A stretch of DNA of 64,000 bases from Microthyrium microscopicum. Lineage: Eukaryota. How positions within the stretch are numbered: the stretch's first letter is position 1; every line of letters starts with the position of its first letter. Location: the NCBI GenBank assembly GCA_010405405.1, contig MU004233.1:2024539-2088538 (forward strand). The letters are read 5' to 3'. The translations under genes and the position numbers were made by a program. Below are positions 54,612-64,000 of this stretch, in pieces. The notes below the pieces were generated by a model. That model was not told the origin of the DNA. It searched no databases and worked only from the letters and a program-made list of their open reading frames with translations.

Positions 54612-57340
54612 ACCTGGGATGCCGGATTATTTACTTCACCTCCAAATGCCAGTACCCGTTTTGCCGGCTTGGATGGAAACCCGCAGAATGGAGGCATATG
54701 TTCCCGTCGGCTTTGGGCTTGACTCCACAGGCAGCTATGCATACTCAAAGATTGGACAATGGCGTTGGGCCTGAAGACGCGGTTTGCCGCGACATGGCGA
54801 CTTTGCTACCGCGTGTTTGGGCTTGTCTTAGCAACAAACCATGGCTATTTACGAATTGGAGATTGGCTTTACGCACGATAAAAGCATAAAGACATGGATG
54901 TTCGCAAATTCGGAACGTGGCTTTTGGCGCAATCGACTTGAAGGTTTTCGTTTACTTCAAGCATGACTCAACCACATACAGTCCATGAGTTTTCGGACTT
55001 CGGGAGTCTGGTTTTTACGCACGAAAGTAACCCAGAGCCCCAGGGCGAATGCCACCACTGACAAATAATTCCGCCCGCGGAAACATGTACTGGTACACCA
55101 AAGGAATCGGAGCCAAAACTCTCATATATCCCCGCAGAACCATCCAAGCCATTATTGGTCTATCTTACGCAGCTTAGACGTTGGCGGCTCAACCAAAAAC
55201 ATGGATCCCACGCGACAATTGGTTTTGCAAAATGGTATTCGGGGTTTTACATAGCAACCTAGGAGATTGCTTTCACGGCACCCACATGCTAGAATCAAAC
55301 CCATTGAGCTTTTCATGTTTAGTCGCGTGGTTCTCGTGGTCGCCCATATCAACCCTGACACTCAAAAAAATGGCATGCTCGGCCGATTGTGTGGTGCAGC
55401 CATCGTCCCGGTATGGTTTGACCTGTGCTGTTCGTACTTTGTATCTTCAGTAGTGATTGGATAGCCCAGCCATATCATGACTTCATGAATGAGCAGTCTT
55501 GACGATTCTGCATAATGTATGATCGTATAATTGCTTTATATACATCCATCAGCATAATACTTATCTATTGGGCTTCATGGGAAACTGATATATTCAATTG
55601 AAATGCCATTACTGTGCGTTCGAGGTTGTTCTCCACTTGATCGCAAAATTCCCCCCTGGTTTCACGAGCTACCATACTCCTCATCATAGAGTCCAATTCT
55701 TTTTCCCCAACACTCCATTCCCAGGCTAAGTTTCCACTAGGTTGAACCCAGCTATCAGTAGGGATCTTTCACATTGCAGGCGCGAAATTTCAAAAACTGC
55801 TATCCCACGTGCATTCTTGAAATTGGACCTACTACTACTTCTACCATCGTCAGCAAAACCGATATTGTTTTTGCGCCCCATGTTGCAACCCCTGAGATAG
55901 GCTAGGGCGAGTCCCTGAGGCCTATAGGATGGTATCAATGACCACATCGCTATTCTATCATCCGCGGGGACCGGTTCAACACTGTAAATTTAGGCTTCCA
56001 TATTCAATGGCCCAGTCCAGAACAGATCGCCAGTCGTAGAGAAACATTGAAATGCTGTGTCACGTTAGACCCTGTCAGGCACTGTTGAACATTTTACACA
56101 GCAAAGATCAACATCATGCTGGCTCAATTGGGCTGCTACAAGCCTCACAAGAAGCTTCTCACGGGCATCGCCGAGTCCGATGTTGAGTAGTCGCGAACAT
56201 AATGCCTTGCTTCTACGGTGGCAAAGAAGTAATTGCATGATTAAATCGACGATATGCAATTAAAACAGGAGTTGAGCGCCTTGTTCTCGTCTTGAAATAC
56301 TACAAGCCCAAACGTCGTTGGGCGACGTGGTTGGGATGGGAAGCATAATGACGATGTGGCGCAGCATCCCTTGATCTCCAGCTGTGGCTCAGCCAATCTA
56401 GATGTCTCAACGCCCTCTTCCGATGATTGTCGATCAACGGTGAAAATCTTTTCTGACAGATAGGTCGTAGACAAATGGGAAGCAGTGGATTGATGGTGAT
56501 ATTCAGATGACCCAAGAACTCGGCTCCGTTACTGCCGCTTGGTGCCGTTTAGCGGCGGGATGTTGACAGTGTGGACCCTGGATAATTTGGCTAAAATAAA
56601 AGGTATGTTTATGTGCACAGCCAATCGTAGGTTATACGAACAAGTAGACATTCTAGAGTGGTCCAAAGGGGGAACGCAAAGAGGTCTGCAGCCAATTGAC
56701 TGTTGCCGATCGCTAAGCCATGACGATATGGTTTGCAGATCGCCTGGAAGGGGGAATCCGCGTGACGAAGTGAGGCCGTTGGGCAACTCGAGGTTCTGTG
56801 CAGGTTCAGGGTAAAGTTGAAGAAGCCGAAGAAGCCGAAGAAGCAGTCGGAAAGGCTGGGAAGTTTGTGGAAAGAGCTACCACTACTACTGTGCCTATGG
56901 TTGTATGGCATGGTCAAATTTTGCATCGACATCAAGATCGAAGTTAGAGATATCTCCAATTCAGAACCTAAACAGGAATTGATTGACAGCAGTGTTGCGT
57001 CACCTTGTCAGGATCATGAATGGTTATTGGGTTGACCTGCAGACTGGGCAGACTGGGATTAAAAAAAAGCGAGCCACCTTTAACTACGACTGCTCTAGGG
57101 ACTGGTTGTTTATTTGAAATAAGTAGAAGACTTCTAACTCTTGAAAGAGAGTACGAAACGCCATGGAGGGACCAGTGTGGCAAAGGAACTCTACTTCCCT
57201 CAATGCTCGAATTCTACTCTAGAGTACTTTACGCAAAACGGATTCACCGGCGTGTTGTGTCAGCAAGTGTGGCGGAAGGAAGATTGACGCCCAGGACCAT
57301 TCAAATTACTAGTAGGTAGGTAGTCGGCCGACTCTACATA

Positions 57341-57772
57341 CACTGGTTTGCGAAATGTGGTGCGCTCTCACCCTCCCCCTACTATGTGTAAATTGCTAGA
57401 ATTTTTAGGATCCTACCAATCACACGTAGAATAGCCTATAGAGTTGGAATATGTGAAACTCTGGTTATTAAGAGTACTATTTACTAACTAGGAATTTTAG
57501 TGCTAAATTTAATCGTTAGTATACTAAACATTAGGTAGTTTGTTATATCCTACCTTCGTAGTAACCATAATAATTAGCTTCTTCCACCAAAATCGTTACA
57601 CTAAATCTTCTATACCGCTTCATAATTTGGAATACTTAATGTAATAGTTAAAAATAGCGTGCTTTTTCTACCTCCCAAAGCTATAGGCAGTTTTACGTCT
57701 GATTGATGGAATTCTGTTAAATTAAACATAGTAGGGGGAGGGTAAGAGCGCACCACATTTCGCAAACCAGTG
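57341..57772. mobile_element. MITE (Tc1/mariner-type non-autonomous element), 432 bp, related to 50345-50580
   Basis: ~54-bp TIR cactggtttgcgaaatgtggtgcgctct(c/t)accctccccctactatg.. with few mismatches; TA flanks; AT/TpA-rich interior. Confidence 0.92.
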
Positions 57773-60231
57773 TACCACTAGGGGGGTTTGATGGAAAAGT
57801 CGCAAAGTTGGTGTTCAGGGACACATGGAGAAATCAGAAAATCCCATCTTGCACGTTCGCTACCACACGCGACTTCACATGCTCTACACTAGCCACTTTG
57901 CTGTAATGTTTCTTTGCCGTACCAACTGATTCATCTCATCGTGTAATGCGATTCTAAAGAATCGTGCCTTTCATACTCCCAAGCTCTCAAATAATTGCTG
58001 AATTCGACCCCATGAATCCTGTGGGGTTGGTAGCCACAACGGAGGAAGTAGCAGAAAAGAAGGGTACTCACCCCTGGCACCTATGCTTCAAATGCTCTCT
58101 TGCGCAAGCTTTGCTCACCAATAGGTACCAGTAAACCGACTGATGGCTCGTAATGCTTTTTCCATATGTACGTATTTGCTTTACTGGGCCGTCCATTATT
58201 GGGAGTCGTTTCTGCATGGTCTACCTAAGGCAGCTGCGGTCAATCAAGGTTTGCAGCTAAAAAAACCAAGGTCATGCATCATGAGGCTCCCCGCTGTAAA
58301 TCTGTGTAATTTTCAAGGTTTGACGCCAGTACTTTAGTAGTAGAGTAAGCCACCGTCTCTTTTGTAGCACGTATTCTCTAGAATAATTTACAGCTCTCGG
58401 GCGACGGTTGCTGCTGATCCTACCATTCTCATAACCGCCAACTCGGCTTTCGGCACTTTGCCTTGAACAACAGCGATTGCAACCAAAATAAGGAAACTGT
58501 CATGCTTTTGAATCATACTCTAGAGCAAGGAGACAAATTATAAAGCGGGGCGGTATTTGTAAACTAGATAGCTGTTGGTATACTAGCAATAGTACTAGAA
58601 TAGTAGTAAGCCATGGCTTTTTGGTGTGCTCAGTGCTGTTTGCAAGGGCCACACTGAGTGCATTTACCATGTTCCAAGTTCCAACATACCCAGAAACACA
58701 GCAAACATCTGGGCAGAGCAGTCTACAATGGCCTGGAACATTCGGCAGCATCTGCCAGTCTGTGCATGGCCCAGCAGCTTATGACTGAGATTCCGAACGC
58801 CGATATCCTCCCAATGTAACAGGTACTAGCTATGCTGTGCATTCCACCATAACTCTTTATCCGTAAGGAAGGTCTGGTGGCAATTTTCAGATACATCGTG
58901 GACTCGTAATCCCCATAGGTATTTCACTGACCCAAGCCTCATCTTAAGGCTGATCCAGCCCAAGCACTCTAGACCTCCCCCTGCCGGACTCTATACTATT
59001 CCATGCTATGCATGCTTCATGAAGTTTTCTTTCTATGTCCACGTAACTCAGCCACTATCCAGGTATCTTTTGGTTTTCAACCCAGTAATTGTACACAACC
59101 ATTCTTCTCATTCTGTTCACTTCATTAACCCACGCTTCGGGTGTACCCTCCTCCGGACTCATCAAGACTGACTGCACACTAGCCACCGCTTAAGCTTTAA
59201 CAGGGTCTTTCCAAGCTGGTCCCGAGTTGTTTGATGCCCGGCTAGTGTCCGTCTTCTAGCTCACAAGCTTGCTTCCTCTATCCATATCAGACTTACTTGT
59301 TCTACCTTGGCGTCAACACCTCCTACTTGTCAGTCCACTTGCAACCCAATTTTCTTCAAATATCATTCTGTTAGCCACCGTCATTTTGCCACTTACTTGT
59401 CAATATCCTACCATTTTCGAATTGATGCTCGATCAGGCCATCTAAATCCCAGCCATCCTTCCAGTCCCATCTGCATCCGACCTCGGGCCAATCAGCTTGT
59501 CTTGCTGTGAACTGACAACCTTTTGCGCGGCACAATTCTTAAATTTGACCCTTTCGAACCCATTTGGCAACCTTGACTTGCCTATTCTCTGAGGAAACAC
59601 TTAGAAAAGCGCTGTTGTGCCTTTGCGGCCCGGTTTCTCGTCATACTTTCTTTGTCTCATGAAAAATCATTTTACCTTATATTTGGCACTGCCCCAGTAA
59701 AGCACTATCTTTCTCAATCACTCCGACAGTTTTTGTTGGGTGATATTATTCTTTCAGTCGTGGGAGGGCCCAATCTTGTGTCTCATTTGTATATTTCATT
59801 CCCCTCATTCCAACATTCAGGAAGAAACAGAGGTCTTTCCCATGCTCTGACTGTCAAGGTATTCTGGAACATCGAAACTCAGTCTATTGTCGGTGCTGAG
59901 GGAAGTGGCTTTCTAGAGCCGGTTTACCTTGAAACCTCAAATTTGCGATAAGTGGGCTTCGTCTTTGGACTGTCAGGACTATTTCCAGGTTTTTGGCACG
60001 CAACTTGCCAATTCCTTGCACTGAATACTACCTCATTAGCGTGTACAGCGGTGAGTTCAACGAACGGTAAGCTATTTCAAGCGGGTCCAAATATCTCAGA
60101 TCTTGTCTGACCTGGGATGAAGACCTTCTGACAACCAGTTTGACTTTTATCAATGAGCGTCGTAGCTAAAATGATCCAGGTTATCAAAGGCTCTATCAAG
60201 ATAGTCGCCGCGACCTTTCCATTCCTACCTT

Positions 60232-62285
60232 ATGGGCGAATCTACCAAACAAAATGACCAAATTATGTTGCCAGAGAAGGATCGACCGGAGGCAACCGCC
60301 CCATCGAAAGCCCAGTCAACCTCATCCCATTCGGAAGCTGCCCGAGGTCTCACAACGCTAGCAGACGGTCCTTCTTCATTGCACACTCCCACTTCTTTAT
60401 CACCGCGATATGCTGAATCCGGGCAGACTCAGCATCATGGCCAACATCAAGCTGTACATGGCGCATATCACATGCCTCAACATGGCCAACCATCACCATA
60501 CAACATGACACACATGAGTGGCGCGCTTCCAGATTATGGCAATGCCCAGCATCAGCAATATACTCACCAGATGACTCAAGCTGGCCAGCAACCCGTGGCG
60601 GGAGCGCCAAATCCTGCAGCTATGTATCCGATGGCACAAACAATGCAGTATCCTCCCGGCACTGCTTATGCCCCAGCTCCGGCAAGCTATAGTGGGTATC
60701 CACAACCACAATACGGAGCTGGCTACGGACAAACACAGGGAAGTCCCCAGCCTGGCTACGCGCATTATCAGCAAGGACAACATAGGGGCATCATGATTCC
60801 TCAAGGACCGCCATATATGCAAAATCCTGGACAATACTATTACTATCAGGATGCTTATGGCCGGCCAGCAGGCTCTCCAACAGGTTACTCACCACAAAGT
60901 GGACAATTTCACGGTGGAATGGGTAGAGGACAAGCAAGTGTTCAGGACAGCCGGAGACTATCTGGAAACCAGGGCCACAGTGGTCGTTATAGTGGAGAAG
61001 AAGGTTTTGTTTTCTCATCCTATAGTATGGGAAGACAAAGACTAACGAGTAAAGGAGTAGCTGCGCGCCCCATCGATCAACAGAGCTCTACGGCGATTCC
61101 ACGAGGACCTCCAAGAAAACCAAAACAATCTGGCCACGCCTTGTGGGTAGGAAACCTTCCGCCCAACGCAACAATTACGGTATTGAAAGATCACTTCTCA
61201 AGAGAGTTTACACGCCAGATCGAGAGTGTATTTCTTATCTCCAAGAGCAACTGTGCCTTTGTGAACTATCGAACTGAAGAGGCATGCGCAAGAGCGATGC
61301 AGAAATTCCACGATTCGCGCTTCGAGGGTGTGAGGCTGGTTTGTAGGTTGCGCAAAGGTTCGGGAGCTGCTTCAGGTGCACCGACGGGTCCTGCTTCCAT
61401 GACAAGCTCTCGACCTGCCCAGTCTCCTGTTTCTAAATCACCGGATCCCCAAGGACCGTCTCGAAACGACAGTGTAGATGGCGTGGATGGTGTGGATGGC
61501 GTGGACGGTGTTGATGGTGTGGATGGCGTGGACGGTGTGGACGGCGTGGATGGCGTGGACGGTGCAGGTGCCGACGACGTCGATGGTGTTGAATCTTCTG
61601 CACGTCAGTCAGTATCTTCGCCCTCGAAACAATCAGAAAGATTCTTCATTGTGAAGAGTTTGACTCTTCAAGACTTGGAGCAAAGTGTTCGCAACGGAGT
61701 CTGGGCGACTCAATCGCACAACGAAGAGACGCTCAACAAAGCTTTTGCTGTAAGTCTATCCCATTTCAAGTAGTCGATTTGCTAAACAGTGAGTAGTCCG
61801 CAGACAATGTATACCTCATCTTTTCCGCGAACAAGTCAGGAGAGTACTTTGGCTATGCCCGAATGGCATCCTCCATCGCTGAGGATGCAACGGAAGTCCT
61901 TGGGCCAATACCTAGAACTGCTGCACTCGAATCTACCGACGCACCCAGAACAATCCCAACCTCCGCTACAGAATGGGCGCCGCGCGGACATATCATTGAC
62001 GACTCCGCCCGCGGAACGATCTTTTGGGAAGCAGAGTTGACAGACGATGAAGACGACGAGGCGAGCGAACCAGGAGAGGGCGAAGCTGAACCACAAACAT
62101 GGGGTAAACCATTCAAAATCGAATGGATGTCTACGAGCCGTGTACCATTCTATCGAACACGCGGATTGCGGAACCCATGGAATGCCAATCGGGAAGTGAA
62201 GATCGCTCGCGATGGCACCGAGCTCGAACCAAATGTTGGCAAGCGATTGATTCAGCTATTCCATCGCGTTGGACAACCTCAATAA
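60232..62285 (+). CDS. RRM + YTH domain RNA-binding protein with Q/G/Y/P-rich low-complexity N-terminus
   Basis: RRM ALWVGNLP..SNCAFVNY; YTH RFFIVKSL..GVWATQSHNE..VYLIFSANKSGEYFGYARM..WGKPFKIEW..NPWNANREVKIARDGTELE; intron 61750-61796, probable intron 61004-61054, probable 5'UTR intron 60067-60179. Confidence 0.93.
61474..61563 (+). repeat. Coding 9-nt minisatellite encoding (VDG)10
   Basis: Ten tandem GTN GAY GGY units between the RRM and YTH domains. Confidence 0.9.
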
Positions 62286-64000
62286 TCATAAAAGCTAGGT
62301 TTTGGGTCTCGAGTCTTTTCGAATCTTCGCCTATCTCCTAAAACACCCTTCTGCTCATTTGGTCTGGCTACCAATCGGCACTTCTTGAAACTCTGCACCT
62401 GCCGACTCTGTATTCGGAAGGCATGTTTCTCTCCCATTTCATTGCTCAATTCTTTTCATAATCTTTCCCTCCATACCGCATCAGCATTCTTTGATTAGTG
62501 CCTACATTGCGGCCTTGTTGAGAAAAGATTTATAGCTTGTACTTCTCCAGCATACGAAGGGGTCGTGTACGATTTGTGTTTTGATTATCCAATTCTTGTC
62601 TTAGCAAAGCTGACAACCCTCAACTTTCTTTTAAAACGACAATACTTCCCAAAGATCAGCAGGCTATCACATCAGCGTCATTGGCTTTCGATGGCTAAGC
62701 TGTCATACAATGCTCTTGTACCATGGCTGAAGAACGTGGCGTATTTGTCTTACTTGTATTTCCTTTCATCTTCTAATGTCCAAGCAACGATTATGTAAAC
62801 GCTTTCTTTTATATCTGCTATGTATACGCTTGTAGCATATTAACTATATCACATAATACCCAACATAATTTCTAGATACCACGAATACGATACCCAAGAA
62901 TACGACATTTCAACTCCCACGCGCCATACCGACTCCGTCTCTACCCTCACTACTGCCTCAAGCTCACAGCATCCTACCTAAGCACACGAAACCATCAACA
63001 TTTGGATTGCTAACATAAAACCCGACGACATATCGATCTTCACAAATCTCCCTTGGCACCATTGTGGAACTTCAATGGTGTTGAAGTAATATCATCAGCC
63101 TCCCCGGACCGACACAACTTGCGCGAGCTTTTCTGGCCCTGAACTACAGACTCGTTTTAGCGATCGTGTGTGTTCCTCTCATCTCATCACTCTCTCATAC
63201 TACAGTGATTACCTATATCTTGTCTCTCCGATAGTGGGACTCTACTCCAGTTGATCCAAACACACCATTTAAGTCAACATATTGGAGATGGAGGAATGTG
63301 GGCAGAACAGCTACCGATTAGTGGTAGTCAACGTATCCGGGTCAAGATATCAATGTACGTTTGGACAAGATACAAAATCAAAAGCTTTGCCTACCATCTC
63401 TCAGTTCCACTTTTGCCAAATCGTGCCAAATCAACGGTGAAAATGGCCTGACACCGTGGAGATTAGCATCGCTATCTTTCACCTCTGACTTCCATCCTGC
63501 TGCCAAAATGGCCTGATCCTGTATTCGCTCCCGCTTCAGGGAAACTAAACCAGCCTATTTTGCTGCAGCAGCAACTTTGTGTGATTGGTATAGTCGCACG
63601 CATGGAATGCGCATTTCTGTGCCCAGTCCATCAAAAGCCTGGAACTCAAGCCAATCATACTGATCCTATGGTGCACTCCAACCGGCCCTGTAGCACTAAC
63701 CCAAGAGCACGCCCACTTCTTGAACAAGAAAAAGTGACCGTGACAACCCACCAGAAACGCAGTTGAACAATCATTCATTCTTTCCCCGCCTATGCCGCCA
63801 AAACCGGAGAAAGGCGTGTGGTGGTGGCCATGCAGAACACAAAGACTGTGCGATCATCATCATCTACTCTGTATCTGGATCGCTCTCCCTTCTTGATGTC
63901 TGGATTTTTGCTTGGTTCCTGGGCACGAAATTAATCACCTTGGGCCAATACTAAATAGTGACCAGGTGGCGAAAATCTCAAGATCTTTATGACTTAGCGG

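Noticed and set aside
54700..60000. Short ORFs and a GAAGAAGCC mini-repeat around 56000-57300
   Set aside because: Frames are interrupted and no family is recognisable; a transposase partner for the MITE could not be supported.
63965..63975. GGTGGCGAAA Rpn4/PACE-like motif
   Set aside because: Single short match with no associated gene visible inside the window; none found upstream of PRE3.

Overview
Eukaryotic DNA from a filamentous ascomycete (Pezizomycotina). Short GT-AG introns of about 44-60 nt with CTRAY branch points break most genes into several ORF-track fragments, so I reassembled the gene models by hand. About 22 protein-coding loci are supported. Conserved genes: SCP2-type thiolase, RIB4, TRM112, SET1, a LaeA-like methyltransferase, a hybrid histidine kinase, enolase, ADE8, an aldo-keto reductase, ERD1, a CSC1/OSCA channel, a Pho85-type cyclin, PRE3, BEM46 and an RRM+YTH protein. 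Also present: two GPI-anchored wall proteins, a small secreted knottin-like protein, an F-box protein, a Clr5-domain protein and a block of degenerate or orphan genes. Non-coding features: two related TA-flanked MITEs with RIP-like changes, another inverted-repeat element and a decayed AT-rich element. Most notable observations: (1) an aldo-keto reductase with an intact catalytic tetrad but a signal peptide, N-glycosylation sequons and an altered cofactor/substrate pocket; (2) a 124-aa 8-Cys secreted knottin-like protein visible only after splicing; (3) the MITE family; (4) in-frame stop-free introns and a structured enolase intron. No tRNA, rRNA or CRISPR array was seen. Family assignments come from motif recognition, not database searches.
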